Source of the DNA: an uncultured Steroidobacteraceae bacterium
Lineage (GTDB): Bacteria > Pseudomonadota > Gammaproteobacteria > Steroidobacterales > Steroidobacteraceae
DNA length: 24,000 nt
Assembly (NCBI GenBank): GCA_964247385.1
Contig: CAXTUB010000001.1
Location: 174,224-198,223 of the forward strand
Direction of reading: 5' to 3'
Part shown: positions 1-9,788 of the stretch, piece by piece
How the letters are laid out: each line of letters opens with the position of its first letter
Position numbering within the stretch: position 1 is the stretch's first letter
Position numbers and translations under genes: made by a program
The notes under the pieces: model-generated
What the model was told of the DNA's origin: nothing
What the model saw: the letters and a program-made list of their open reading frames with translations, nothing else
Database searches by the model: none

Positions 1-1588
1 CGCCGAACTGGGTCTCGGCGCGCGCTTCGTCCGCGGACAGCGCGAGCGCCAACGTCAGGATTCGCCGGGTATCGAGCGGGTCGATCACGCCGTCGTCCCA
101 AAGTCGAGCGGAAGCATAGTAGGGGTGACCTTGACGCTCATATTGCTCGCGCACCGGCGCCTTCAATGCCTCCTCTTGCTCGGCAGTGAACGTTTTGCCG
201 TCGCGCTCCAAAGCCTCTCGCCGCACGGTGGCAAGAACTCCCGCCGCCTGCTCGCCGCCCATGACCGAGGTGCGTGCGTTGGGCCATTGGAAAAGAAAGC
301 GCGGACTGTAGGCGCGCCCGCACATGGCGTAATTGCCTGCTCCAAAGCTTCCGCCGATGACCACAGTGATTTTCGGCACTTTCGCGCACGCCACGGCGTT
401 GACGAGCTTCGCGCCATCTTTCGCAATGCCGCCGTTCTCCGCCTTGCGGCCCACCATGAAACCCGAAATGTTCTGCAGAAACACGAGAGGGATGTGCTCG
501 CGGCAACAGAGCTCGATGAAATGCGCGCCTTTGAGCGCGCTTTGCGAGAACAGAATTCCATTGTTCGCGATGATGCCTACGGGAAAGCCGCCGATCCGCG
601 CAAACCCGCACACCAGGGTGTTCGCATACAGCGCCTTGAATTCATCGAGCTCCGAGGCATCGACGATGCGCGCGATGATCTCCCGCACATCGTAAGGCTT
701 GCGTGCGCTGGCAGGCACGATGCCGTAGAGTTCTCTGCCATCGAAGCGCGGTGGGGCAGCACGATGCGGCGGCGAGGTACGGCGCGAGCCTCCCAAGTCG
801 GCGACGACGCGCCGGGCGATGGCCAACGCATGCGTGTCGTCGAGCGCGCAATAATCCGTCACTCCGGATTCTCGACAGTGCACGTCGGCGCCCCCCAATG
901 ACTCCGCATCGACGATTTCACCGGTGGCGGCGCGCACGAGCGGCTGACCTCCGAGGAAGATTCTGCCTTGGTTTCGCACGATGATGGCGTGCTCGGACAT
1001 CGCGGGAACGTAGGCTCCGCCCGCCGTGCATGAGCCGTGCACGACGGCAATCTGCGCGATGCCCTGTGCCGACAGGTTTGCCTGATTGAAGAAAACGCGG
1101 CCGAAATGTTCGCGGTCCGGAAAGACCTCGTCTTGCAGCGGCAAGAAGGCTCCGCCGCTCTCGACCAGATAAATGCAAGGCAGCCGATATTCGCGGGCGA
1201 TTTCCTGCGCCCGCAAATGCTTCTTCACGGTCATGGGAAAATAAGTGCCGCCTTTCACCGTCGGGTCATTGGCGACCACCATGCAAGGGCGCCCCTTCAC
1301 GGCGCCGATGCCCGTCACGATGCCCGCCCCGGGCACGTTGCCTCCATACATGCCGTGCGCCGCGAGTGGGGACAGCTCGAGGAAAGGTGCGCCGGCATCC
1401 AGCAAGACGCGGACTCGCTCGCGCGCCCCCAACTTGCCCGCGGATGCGTGACGCGCCCTGGCCGCCTCACCGCCGCCCGTGGCGGCTTTCGCGAGATCGA
1501 CCCGCAGCGCACTGGCCAGACCCGCCATGAATTCGACGTTGGCCGAGAATTCCTGCGATCGCGGATCGATGTGCGAGCCCAAAAGCAT
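1..1588 (-). CDS. liuB: Methylcrotonyl-CoA carboxylase carboxyltransferase (beta) subunit; 3' end runs off the left edge (only a few codons missing)
   Basis: Absent from the ORF track because no stop lies in the window. Manual minus-strand translation from ATG 1588..1586 stays open to position 1. It reads [24 protein letters not shown]...[31 protein letters not shown]...[22 protein letters not shown]...[43 protein letters not shown]...[15 protein letters not shown]...ETQFG, typical acyl-CoA carboxyltransferase/MCCase-beta motifs. Divergent from ivd. Confidence 0.93.
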   Translation of the reverse strand, partial: MLLGSHIDPRSQEFSANVEFMAGLASALRVDLAKAATGGGEAARARHASAGKLGARERVRVLLDAGAPFLELSPLAAHGMYGGNVPGAGIVTGIGAVKGRPCMVVANDPTVKGGTYFPMTVKKHLRAQEIAREYRLPCIYLVESGGAFLPLQDEVFPDREHFGRVFFNQANLSAQGIAQIAVVHGSCTAGGAYVPAMSEHAIIVRNQGRIFLGGQPLVRAATGEIVDAESLGGADVHCRESGVTDYCALDDTHALAIARRVVADLGGSRRTSPPHRAAPPRFDGRELYGIVPASARKPYDVREIIARIVDASELDEFKALYANTLVCGFARIGGFPVGIIANNGILFSQSALKGAHFIELCCREHIPLVFLQNISGFMVGRKAENGGIAKDGAKLVNAVACAKVPKITVVIGGSFGAGNYAMCGRAYSPRFLFQWPNARTSVMGGEQAAGVLATVRREALERDGKTFTAEQEEALKAPVREQYERQGHPYYASARLWDDGVIDPLDTRRILTLALALSADEARAETQFG

Positions 1589-1608
1589 GGCTAGGCGTAA
1601 AGCCTCTG

Positions 1609-1617
1609 TGTGATAAT
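1609..1617 (+). promoter_or_regulatory. Candidate extended -10 element (TGtGATAAT) for ivd
   Basis: TG at 1609-1610, one spacer nt, then GATAAT at 1612-1617, 43 nt upstream of the ivd ATG. No convincing -35 (ggctag). A predicted start about 7 nt downstream would fall inside the palindrome. Confidence 0.3.
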
Positions 1618-1618
1618 T

Positions 1619-1641
1619 GTTGGACAATCGGATTATCCAAC
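1619..1641. promoter_or_regulatory. Near-perfect 23-bp palindrome, candidate operator in the liuB/ivd divergent promoter
   Basis: GTTGGAcAATCgGATTaTCCAAC: 20 of 22 non-central positions are self-complementary (mismatched pair 1625/1635). The left half contains TTGT-N3-ACAA (1617-1627), which fits the generic GntR-type GT-Nx-AC pattern. It lies in the 71-bp gap between liuB ATG (1588) and ivd ATG (1660). Confidence 0.5.
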
Positions 1642-1659
1642 AGACTGAGGTGCAGGGCA

Positions 1660-2826
1660 ATGGCGCAGGTTCTTGATGAGTTCGACTTTGGCTTGGGCGA
1701 GAACATCGACTCGGTGCGCGCCGAGGTTCGCAGGTTCGCGCGCGATCGCATCGCGCCGCTCGCCAGACAGATCGACTTCAGCAACCACTTCCCGCGCGAG
1801 CTGTGGCCTGAGCTCGGCTCGTTGGGCCTCCTGGGCGTCACGGTGCCGGAAGCCGACGGCGGCGCGGGCCTTGGATATCTCGCCCATCTCATCGCCATGG
1901 AGGAGATTTCCCGCGCCTCGGCCTCCGTGGGCCTCTCCTATGGAGCGCATTCGAACCTTTGCGTCAATCAGATCAATTTGAATGGCTCGGCCGAGCAGAA
2001 AGCGCGCTATCTGCCCAAGCTCATTTCGGGCGAGCACGTGGGCGCGCTCGCGATGTCGGAAGCCGGTTCGGGCTCGGACGTCGTTTCCATGCAGCTGCGC
2101 GCCGTGCGGCACGCAGATCGCTACGTGCTGGATGGCCGCAAGATGTGGATCACCAATGGGCCGGACGCGGACGTGCTGGTCGTTTATGCCAAGACTTCGC
2201 CGGAGGCTTTAGCGCGCGGCATTTCCGCGTTTCTCATCGAACGCGGCTTCAGCGGATTTTCTGCTTCGCAAAAGTTGGACAAGCTCGGCATGCGCGGCTC
2301 GAATACGAGCGAGCTCGTGTTCGATGCGTGCGAAGTCCCCGCTGCCAACTTGATGGGCCGAGAGAATGGCGGTGTCGCAGTGCTGATGAGCGGCCTCGAC
2401 TTCGAGCGGCTGGTGTTGAGCGGCGGGCCCATCGGCATCATGGCCGCCGCGCTCGATCTGGCGCTCGCTTATGCGCGCGAGCGTAAGCAGTTTGGCCGTC
2501 CGATTGGCGAGTTCGAGCTCATTCAAGGCAAGCTCGCCGACATGTACGCGGCGCTGCACGCGAGCCGCGGGCTCGCATATGCCGTCGCCGCGGCATGCGA
2601 CCGCAGCCGGCCGGCGCGCAAGGATGCCGCGGCGTGCATCCTGTTTTGCGCGGAGGCAGCCACTCGCGCCGCGCTCGACGCCATTCAGATTCTCGGCGGC
2701 AATGGCTACATCAACGATTACGATGCGGGCCGGCTACTGCGCGATGCCAAGCTGTACGAAATCGGCGCGGGCACCTCCGAGGTGCGGCGCATGCTCATCG
2801 GGCGCGAGCTGGTCAATGCGTCATGA
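1660..2826 (+). CDS. liuA: Isovaleryl-CoA dehydrogenase
   Basis: 388-aa ORF. Acyl-CoA dehydrogenase motifs ([46 protein letters not shown]). GAGG 9 nt upstream of the ATG. Adjacent to MCCase beta. Confidence 0.95.
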   Translation: MAQVLDEFDFGLGENIDSVRAEVRRFARDRIAPLARQIDFSNHFPRELWPELGSLGLLGVTVPEADGGAGLGYLAHLIAMEEISRASASVGLSYGAHSNLCVNQINLNGSAEQKARYLPKLISGEHVGALAMSEAGSGSDVVSMQLRAVRHADRYVLDGRKMWITNGPDADVLVVYAKTSPEALARGISAFLIERGFSGFSASQKLDKLGMRGSNTSELVFDACEVPAANLMGRENGGVAVLMSGLDFERLVLSGGPIGIMAAALDLALAYARERKQFGRPIGEFELIQGKLADMYAALHASRGLAYAVAAACDRSRPARKDAAACILFCAEAATRAALDAIQILGGNGYINDYDAGRLLRDAKLYEIGAGTSEVRRMLIGRELVNAS

Positions 2827-3680
2827 CGGCGTTTGAGCCTGTCGATCACCGCCCCGCCTACCGCAGAATCGCCGACGCCATCGAGAAGAAGATCGCCTCG
2901 CGCGAGCTGCAGGCGGGTGAGCCCCTGCCCTCGGAGTCCGAGCTCGCGAAGGCATTCGGCGTGAATCGATCCACGGTGCGAGAGGCCGTGCGCGAGCTCG
3001 AGGGTCATGGCTTGATCGGCCGCTTCCGGAGCGAGAAGGCATTGCGCGTCACGAGTCCAGGCTCGCCACGCGCGGGTCTCGGCCTGAGCCGTGCGTTGGC
3101 TCTCAGCGGCGCCAGCTTTCTGGAATTGTGGGAAGCCATGATGGCGTTGGAGCCGGCGGCGGCGGAGCTTGCGGCTCAACGGCGCTCTGCCGCGGACCTG
3201 ACCGCCTTGCGCGCGGCCGCCGATCTTTTCCGCCTCAGCGAGCGGGCGGCTGACGCGCCAGCGAGCGCGCCGGGCGCAAGCGCCACAGCCAGCGCCGCCG
3301 CGGTCGTGCAATTTTTTGCAGCGGTCGGCGCCGCAAGTCAGAACCGGGTGCTCTCGGTGCTGCAATGTTCGATCAATGCGTTGCTACCGCCATTGCTCGT
3401 GCGCATGCTCGTTGAGTTGGCCCAGTCGCGCAGGCGCATTGTGAACGCGCAAAAAGCCATTATCGATGAGATCGAGCGCGCCGATGGCGCCGAGGCGCGG
3501 CGCTGGATGGAACGGCATGTGCTGGATTTTCGCCGCGGCTTCGAGCTCGCAGGCATTCCACTGAAGTACGTGCCGGATTCGCCTGTCGCTACGCCGCTTT
3601 CCGCGGCCGCCTCGCCCGCCCGGCCCCTACCGCGAAGGCGTCGGTCTCGCGCTCCAGGTAAAATGGCGCGCAAGAAGTGA
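2823..3680 (+). CDS. GntR-family transcriptional regulator, FadR/FCD subfamily
   Basis: The N-terminus has the GntR winged HTH ([53 protein letters not shown]). The C-terminus is helical and FCD-like, with an Ala/Pro-rich insert and a basic tail. The ATG at 2823 overlaps the ivd stop (ATGA). The track ORF start at 2595 lies inside ivd and is rejected. Confidence 0.85.
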   Translation: MTAFEPVDHRPAYRRIADAIEKKIASRELQAGEPLPSESELAKAFGVNRSTVREAVRELEGHGLIGRFRSEKALRVTSPGSPRAGLGLSRALALSGASFLELWEAMMALEPAAAELAAQRRSAADLTALRAAADLFRLSERAADAPASAPGASATASAAAVVQFFAAVGAASQNRVLSVLQCSINALLPPLLVRMLVELAQSRRRIVNAQKAIIDEIERADGAEARRWMERHVLDFRRGFELAGIPLKYVPDSPVATPLSAAASPARPLPRRRRSRAPGKMARKK

Positions 3681-3687
3681 GGTGGAT

Positions 3688-5121
3688 ATGGCGTACGATT
3701 ATCGGCAGTTTTATATCGACGGCGCATGGGTTGACTCCGCGCAAGGCCGGGATTTCAACGTCATCAATCCGGCCACTGAAGAGGTGTCGGGTGTCATTCG
3801 GCTTGGCACACCGGCCGACGTCGACCGCGCGGTCGCCGCCGCGCATCGCGCCTTCGACAGTTACTCGCGAACGACCGGGGCAGAACGCCTCGTGCTGCTG
3901 CAAAGAATTCTGACGGAATACAAGAAGCGCTTTGACGACATCGCCGCAGCCATCACGGCGGAGATGGGCGCTCCGGCCGTGCTTGCTTCCAAGTCGCAGA
4001 CAGGCATTGGCGTGGGCCATCTCAAGGCAATGATCGACGTGCTGAAACATTTCAAATTTGCCGAGACGCGCGGGCGCACGACCCTTGTGCAGGAACCGGT
4101 CGGCGTGTGTGCTCTCATCACGCCGTGGAATTGGCCGATCAATCAGGTAGCTGCCAAGGTCGTGCCCGCGCTGGCCGCGGGTTGCACCATGGTTCTGAAA
4201 CCATCCGAGTACTCACCGTTCAGCGCGGCGATCTGGGCGGAAGTCTTGCACGCTGCGCATGTCCCTCCCGGCGTGTTCAACATGATTTACGGCGAAGGTT
4301 CGACGGTGGGCGCGGCACTCGCCGCGCATCCGCACGTCGACATGGTGTCATTCACCGGCTCAACGCGCGCCGGTACCGAGGTTGCCCGAGTCGCGGCGGC
4401 CACCGTCAAACGGGTGCATCAAGAACTTGGCGGCAAGTCGCCCAACATTTTGCTCGACGATGCCGACTTCGAGGTCGCGGTGCGTGCCTCGGTGTCGCAT
4501 GTGTTTGAGAACGCCGGTCAGTCTTGCAACGCGCCGACACGGATGTTGGTGCCTGCCGGGCGTCTCGCGCAGGTCGAGACCCTGGCGCGTGAAACTGCGG
4601 CAGCGGAAGTCATCGGCGATCCTGAATCGCGCGACACGACCCTGGGGCCGGTCGCATCGAAAATTCAGTTCGATCGGGTACAAGCCTTGATCGAGCGCGG
4701 TATTGCCGAAGGAGCGAAAGTGATCACCGGCGGCACGGGGCGGCCGGAAGGGTTGAGTCGAGGCTTCTACGTCCGGCCGACCATCTTTTCCGCCGTTCGC
4801 AATGAGATGGCCATCGCGCGTGAGGAGATTTTCGGACCCGTGCTATGCATCCTGACCTACGACAGCGAGGAAGAGGCCGTGCAGATCGCGAACGACACGC
4901 CGTATGGGCTGGCGGCCTACATCTGGTCGACCGAGCCGGCTCGCGCCGCACGGGTCGCTGCGCGCATTCGAGCTGGACAAATCTCGATCAATGGCGCGCA
5001 GAGCGATTTGACGACGCCGTTCGGCGGTTTCAAAGCTTCGGGCAACGGCCGCGAATGGGGCGAGTACGGGTTGCGGGATTTTCTCGAGGTCAAGGCCTTG
5101 ATCGGCGCGGATGCGGCGTGA
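3688..5121 (+). CDS. NAD(P)-dependent aldehyde dehydrogenase
   Basis: ALDH-superfamily motifs: ITPWNWP, VLKPSE, FTGSTRAG, catalytic Glu in QELGGKSP and Cys in GQSCNAPTR. ATG at 3688 with GAGG 5 nt upstream; the track start is GTG 3682, 2 codons earlier. Confidence 0.92.
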   Translation: MAYDYRQFYIDGAWVDSAQGRDFNVINPATEEVSGVIRLGTPADVDRAVAAAHRAFDSYSRTTGAERLVLLQRILTEYKKRFDDIAAAITAEMGAPAVLASKSQTGIGVGHLKAMIDVLKHFKFAETRGRTTLVQEPVGVCALITPWNWPINQVAAKVVPALAAGCTMVLKPSEYSPFSAAIWAEVLHAAHVPPGVFNMIYGEGSTVGAALAAHPHVDMVSFTGSTRAGTEVARVAAATVKRVHQELGGKSPNILLDDADFEVAVRASVSHVFENAGQSCNAPTRMLVPAGRLAQVETLARETAAAEVIGDPESRDTTLGPVASKIQFDRVQALIERGIAEGAKVITGGTGRPEGLSRGFYVRPTIFSAVRNEMAIAREEIFGPVLCILTYDSEEEAVQIANDTPYGLAAYIWSTEPARAARVAARIRAGQISINGAQSDLTTPFGGFKASGNGREWGEYGLRDFLEVKALIGADAA

Positions 5122-5124
5122 CCA

Positions 5125-5820
5125 TTGAGCGCCGAAGCGCCGCTTTTCATCGCTCGCGAAGTCACTAAGCGTTACGCTCCGGGCGCACCCGCCGTACTCG
5201 AGCGCTTGAGCTTCTCGCTCGCCCGCGGCGAGTACGTGGCCATCATGGGTGAGTCGGGCGTGGGCAAGTCCACGCTGCTGCAGCTGATCGCCGGCTTGGA
5301 TCGACCCGATGCAGGCTCGCTTCGGTTCGAAGGCATTGAGCTGACCTCTCTCGACGATGACCGGCTGACCTCGTTGCGGCGCACTCGCATGGGCTTTGTC
5401 TTTCAGGCTTTTCACCTGCTGCCCTATTTGACGGTGCTGCAGAATGCGGCGCTTCCGCTCGATCTGATGCGCGTTGCCGATCCCGAACGAACGGCCCGTA
5501 CTTGCGAAGTGCTCGCACAGGTGGGTTTGAAAGGCCGCGAGCGCGATTTTCCGCGTGCGCTTTCGGGCGGCGAAATGCAGCGCCTGTCGATTGCGCGTGC
5601 TCTGGTGCATCGGCCGGCGCTCATTCTTGCCGATGAGCCGACTGGAAATCTCGATCCGAAAAGCGCTCGCGCGATTCTCGAGCTCTTGCGCGCTCAAATG
5701 AACGACGGCCTGCGTAGCGGCATTCTCATCACACATTCCCAAGCCGCGGCGCGCACGGCGGACCGGATTTTCTTTCTCGACGGCCGCGAGCTCAAACCGT
5801 GCAATGAAGCATCCATGTGA
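5125..5820 (+). CDS. ABC transporter ATP-binding protein (MacB/LolD-like)
   Basis: Walker [10 protein letters not shown], signature LSGGEMQR, Walker [10 protein letters not shown]-loop ITHS. TTG start 3 nt after the aldh stop. Confidence 0.92.
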   Translation: MSAEAPLFIAREVTKRYAPGAPAVLERLSFSLARGEYVAIMGESGVGKSTLLQLIAGLDRPDAGSLRFEGIELTSLDDDRLTSLRRTRMGFVFQAFHLLPYLTVLQNAALPLDLMRVADPERTARTCEVLAQVGLKGRERDFPRALSGGEMQRLSIARALVHRPALILADEPTGNLDPKSARAILELLRAQMNDGLRSGILITHSQAAARTADRIFFLDGRELKPCNEASM

Positions 5821-8405
5821 TGCGAGCCATCGCGACACCCAGTGCATGGCAGGCTGCTCAGCGCGCCTGGCTCGTTTGTGGACTATCCATGTCGGCGCAA
5901 TTGCGCGAGCAACCCGCGCGGTTGATCACGATGTGGCTGGTGATCGTCGTCAGCAGTGCGCTTGGAAGCTCTGTCTTTCTGGTCAATTCGAGCGCTGTGG
6001 AAGAATTTGATGCGGCTGCGCGCCGCGTACTGGGCAACGCTGATGTCGTCGTGCGCAGTGGCACCCAGTCCTTCTCTGAATCGCTCTACCCGAGGCTCGC
6101 AAAAGACCCGCGCGTCATCGCAGCTAGTCCCGTCATCGAGTTGCAAGCCGCGCTCGCCGCGCCAAGCACCGCAGCGTCCACCGCGCCCAAGTCAGCGCCC
6201 GGTTCGCTGCAGATTTTCGGCATCGATTGCTTTCGGGCGGGCGTGTTGCAAGCATCGCTCCTCGAAGCTCTGCATGGCGGCGTGCGAGATTTTCTTGCAA
6301 GTCGTGCAATCGTGCTCAGCTCCGCTGCCGCGGTCCGATTGAACCTGCGAACGGGAGACTTCCTCGCCCTGTGGAACGAAGGACGCATCGAGAGACTGCA
6401 GATTCTCGCGGTGCTGGCCGACGCGGGCGATGACCACGCATTCGGTCTCATGGACATCGCCACGTCTCAGTGGATGTTCGGTTGGCTCGGCCGCCTGAAT
6501 CGGATCGATGCCCATCTGAGGGCGGGCGTCCGGCCTTCGGCTTTCGCCGCGGAGTGGGCGCCTCGCTTACCGCCGGGCGTCGTCATGAATCTCGGCGACG
6601 TCGAACGCAGCCGTGCATCAAGCGCCACGCGCGCGTACCGCGTCAATCTCAACATGCTGGCGCTGATCTCACTGCTCACCAGCGCGTTTCTCGTGTTTGC
6701 GATCCAGTCATTGAGCTTGGCGAGGCGGCGGGTCTCGCTCGCCATTCTTCGCGCCCTCGGAGTATCCATGCGTGAGCTGCGGCGCGGACTTTTGTTTGAG
6801 TCGCTGAGCCTTGGCTCGCTCGGAATCGCGGCCGGCATCCTATTGGGATTTGGCCTCGCGGCATTTTTGTTGGCACAGTTTGGCGGGGATCTCGGCAACG
6901 ATCAGCTTCACGCCGCATCGCCCATGCCGCAAATTCATTGGCCGGCCGTAGCAATTGAGTTCGTCGTTGGTTTGGGCATCGTTTGCTTCGCCATGTGGAT
7001 TCCGGCGACTGAGGCGGCGCGGCGCGAGCCGGCGCCCGCGCTGAGATCGGGCGATGTAGAAGTCGCTTTCAACTGGAAGCGCATGGCGGCCCTTGGCAGC
7101 GTCTTGCTCGTCAGCGGCGCGGCGCTGTCCTTCGTGCCCGCCTCTGCAGAAATTCCAATCGCGGGCTACTGCGCCATCGCTGCGCTGCTGTTCGGCGGTA
7201 TCTTATGGATTCCACAGGTGAGCGTCGGCTTGCTTGCCCTGTTGCCGCGTCTGCGTTCACCGAGCCTTGCCGTGGCATTGGCGCAAATGCGCGGCAGCCG
7301 GGCAACGTTGTTCCTGAGTCTTGCTCCCCTGGTCGTCAGCTTTGCATTGATGGTGGCAATGGCCATTCTGGTGCATTCCTTCCGGGACTCTTTCGAGTCG
7401 TGGCTCGCGAAGCTATTGCCGGCGGATCTTCAAGTACGCGAGCCGCTTGCGAGTGACACGGCCAGCTGGACTCAGTCTTCCCAAGCCGCCGTAGCTCAGC
7501 TAGCCGCCATTTCGCGGGCGGATTTCCGGCGCACGCGAACGGTGTATTTGATGATGGGCGCGGAACCGGTTCAGCTGATCGCGCGCGACATGCGCTCGCG
7601 CCGCGCGGAAGAAATCTTGCCGCTGCTCGGCGAATCTCCACGGCTTTCACGTTTGCAGACAGGCAATGCATGGATCTCCGAATCCTTGCGCGATCGATAC
7701 CGTCTCAACGTCGGAACGAGCTTCTCCATCGGATTGCAAGGAGCTCGCCGCGAATTTCGCGTCGCCGGCATTTGGCGCGACTATGCGCACCCGGCCGGCG
7801 CCATCGTGATCGAACGCAGTAATTACATTCGATGGACTGCCGACTCCAGCGCGAACGAGGCGTCTTTTTGGCTGACGCGCGGCGTGACGGTCGAGCAGGC
7901 TCGCGCCGCCATTGTGCAGCGTGCACCGGCGATGGCCAGCGCAGAATTTGCCGGCAGCACCGAAGTACGGCGCCGGTCGCTGGCGCTGTTCGATCGTGCA
8001 TTTGCGGTCACTTACGCGCTCGAGGCGCTCGCTGTCTCGATCGGGCTCGCGGGCATCGGCATTGCAGCGAGTTTCGCGGCCATCACGCGCCGCGCGGAGT
8101 TCGGCCTGTTGCGTCATGTCGGCATGAGGCGCCGCGACGTCCTGCGCATGGTGGCCGCGGAAGGCCTGTGCACCTCGTTTCTCGGGTCGTTGCTCGGATT
8201 GTGTCTCGGCGTGGTGTTGAGTGTGGTGTTGATTTTCGTCGTCAATCGACAGTCATTTCATTGGAGTATCGATTTTCGCGTTCCGGTGAGCCAGCTCGCG
8301 GCGCTCACGGTGGCGTTGATGGTCACTGGAAGTATGACCGCGGTCCTGAGCGGCCGCTCAGTGCTGCGGCAGGATGCATTAGCGGCCGTGCGCGAGGATT
8401 GGTGA
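5817..8405 (+). CDS. ABC transporter permease with two FtsX-like modules
   Basis: 862-aa ORF with hydrophobic helix clusters around aa 280-400 and 740-850, separated by large loops. This is the layout of fused double-FtsX permeases. The start is GTG 5817 or ATG 5820, overlapping the ATPase stop. Confidence 0.88.
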   Translation: MMRAIATPSAWQAAQRAWLVCGLSMSAQLREQPARLITMWLVIVVSSALGSSVFLVNSSAVEEFDAAARRVLGNADVVVRSGTQSFSESLYPRLAKDPRVIAASPVIELQAALAAPSTAASTAPKSAPGSLQIFGIDCFRAGVLQASLLEALHGGVRDFLASRAIVLSSAAAVRLNLRTGDFLALWNEGRIERLQILAVLADAGDDHAFGLMDIATSQWMFGWLGRLNRIDAHLRAGVRPSAFAAEWAPRLPPGVVMNLGDVERSRASSATRAYRVNLNMLALISLLTSAFLVFAIQSLSLARRRVSLAILRALGVSMRELRRGLLFESLSLGSLGIAAGILLGFGLAAFLLAQFGGDLGNDQLHAASPMPQIHWPAVAIEFVVGLGIVCFAMWIPATEAARREPAPALRSGDVEVAFNWKRMAALGSVLLVSGAALSFVPASAEIPIAGYCAIAALLFGGILWIPQVSVGLLALLPRLRSPSLAVALAQMRGSRATLFLSLAPLVVSFALMVAMAILVHSFRDSFESWLAKLLPADLQVREPLASDTASWTQSSQAAVAQLAAISRADFRRTRTVYLMMGAEPVQLIARDMRSRRAEEILPLLGESPRLSRLQTGNAWISESLRDRYRLNVGTSFSIGLQGARREFRVAGIWRDYAHPAGAIVIERSNYIRWTADSSANEASFWLTRGVTVEQARAAIVQRAPAMASAEFAGSTEVRRRSLALFDRAFAVTYALEALAVSIGLAGIGIAASFAAITRRAEFGLLRHVGMRRRDVLRMVAAEGLCTSFLGSLLGLCLGVVLSVVLIFVVNRQSFHWSIDFRVPVSQLAALTVALMVTGSMTAVLSGRSVLRQDALAAVREDW

Positions 8406-9484
8406 TTCGCGGCTTGTGGGCTTCGATCCCGCGTGGGTGCACGTGCGTTGTGCTCGGCATCGTATTACTGATCGGCAGCGTTGCGCGCCTCGCGCTTGCG
8501 GGGCCCGCCATCGACTTGCCGCATGATTTTGGAAGCCATCCCGAACAGCGCAGCGAATGGTGGTATGTCACCGGTTGGCTATCGGACGGAAGCAACGAGT
8601 ATGGTTTTCAAGTCACGTTCTTTCGAGTGCGCATGGACTTGGCTTCTCTCCAAGGCAATCCGAGCTCTTTCGCCGCGCGGCAAATTCTGATCGCTCATGC
8701 GGCATTCAGTGATCCGAGCATCGGCCACTTGCTGCAAGCGCAACGCACCGCGCGCACTGGCTTGCAACTTGCGGAGGCAAGCATCGGCGATACTCACGTG
8801 TTTCTCGATGATTGGAGCTTGACCCGCGCACCCGACGGCTATCATGCGCACGTGTTAGCCGAAGACTTCGAGCTGCAGCTGCGCATGCAAGCCAGCGCCG
8901 CCCCGCTCCTCAATGGAAGCGCTGGCATCAGCTTCAAAGGTCCAGCCAAGGACTCGTATAGCCATTACTACAGCGAGCCGCAACTTCGAGTCGTCGGAAA
9001 ACTGCGCCGCCAGAATCGCGAGCTGGCAGTTACCGGCCTCGCATGGCTCGACCACGAATGGTCGAATCAATACTTGGATCCGCGTGCAGCCGGTTGGGAT
9101 TGGACCGGGATCAACTTTGATGATGGCTCGGCGATGATGGCCTTCAGAATTCGCGCGCTCGATGGCTCGCCGTTGTGGGCAGCCGCCACCTGGCGCAATG
9201 GAAAGCTCAGCCGGATTTTCGATGCGTCGCAAGTCAAGTTCACGTCATTGCGTGTGTGGAGGAGCAGCCGAACCGGCATTGGCTATCCCGTCGCTTGGCG
9301 AATCAGCACGCCCCAAAGTGAGGTTGAACTCCAGCCCCTGTTCGATGACCAAGAGAACGACACGCGTGCATCGACCGGCGCCATTTACTGGGAAGGCGCG
9401 GTTCGCGCCATGTCGAACGGCCGTGCGATCGGGCGCGGATATTTGGAGTTGACAGGTTATGGCAAGCGCTTGCAGCTGCCTTGA
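8402..9484 (+). CDS. Secreted AttH/CrtC-like (hydroxyneurosporene-synthase-like plus lipocalin-like) protein
   Basis: DFGSHPEQRSEWWYVTGWL...GFQVTFFR...WLDHEW motifs, as I recall for AttH-type proteins encoded after an ABC ATPase/FtsX pair. GTG 8402 overlaps the permease stop (GGTGA). That start gives a signal-peptide-like N-terminus (VVLGIVLLIGSVARLALA/GP). The track ORF start at 7832 is rejected. Confidence 0.72.
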   Translation: MIRGLWASIPRGCTCVVLGIVLLIGSVARLALAGPAIDLPHDFGSHPEQRSEWWYVTGWLSDGSNEYGFQVTFFRVRMDLASLQGNPSSFAARQILIAHAAFSDPSIGHLLQAQRTARTGLQLAEASIGDTHVFLDDWSLTRAPDGYHAHVLAEDFELQLRMQASAAPLLNGSAGISFKGPAKDSYSHYYSEPQLRVVGKLRRQNRELAVTGLAWLDHEWSNQYLDPRAAGWDWTGINFDDGSAMMAFRIRALDGSPLWAAATWRNGKLSRIFDASQVKFTSLRVWRSSRTGIGYPVAWRISTPQSEVELQPLFDDQENDTRASTGAIYWEGAVRAMSNGRAIGRGYLELTGYGKRLQLP

Positions 9485-9537
9485 TCGGCCGCATCGTGCG
9501 GATCACAATGTTGCATCATGCTTGAGCAGGTGGAGCT

Positions 9538-9786
9538 ATGGCGCAAAAACTCGTGTATCGGCGGGACTTCGAGGGACGTCTCGAAGGCGAAGCGGAAATT
9601 TGCATCGATGCGGATGCGGAAATGGATGACGCCACATTCGTCGGCGAGCACATCGCACGGCTATTGAAAGACGGCGAGACCCCACTGCGCGAGGGCAAGA
9701 ATCGCTACGCCGTCATCCACGACAACCGGAAAATTGGTTTCATCGAAATCCTGGAAGTGCGCATGCCGGCCGGTGACACCGTTTAG
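9538..9786 (+). CDS. Hypothetical small acidic protein (82 aa)
   Basis: ATG preceded by AGGTGGAG. GC-rich third codon positions match the neighbours. I recognise no family. Confidence 0.5.
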   Translation: MAQKLVYRRDFEGRLEGEAEICIDADAEMDDATFVGEHIARLLKDGETPLREGKNRYAVIHDNRKIGFIEILEVRMPAGDTV

Positions 9787-9788
9787 AG

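Noticed and set aside
125-901. 258-aa + strand ORF, plus several other ORFs in 138-1594
   Set aside because: They lie antisense to or out of frame with the clearly homologous MCCase-beta frame on the minus strand. The products are Arg/Ala-rich and low-complexity, typical of GC-rich shadow ORFs.
2595-2822. N-terminal extension of the GntR ORF in the track
   Set aside because: It lies inside ivd in another frame and is Arg-rich nonsense. The HTH domain begins right after the ATG at 2823, which overlaps the ivd stop.
4843-5847. 334-aa minus-strand ORF
   Set aside because: It is antisense to the ALDH 3' end and the entire ABC ATPase, both of which carry unmistakable motifs. The product has no recognisable motifs.
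7832-8401. 190-codon upstream extension of the AttH-like ORF
   Set aside because: It overlaps the permease in another frame and is Arg/Gly-rich. The GTG at 8402 gives a proper signal peptide and a stop/start overlap.
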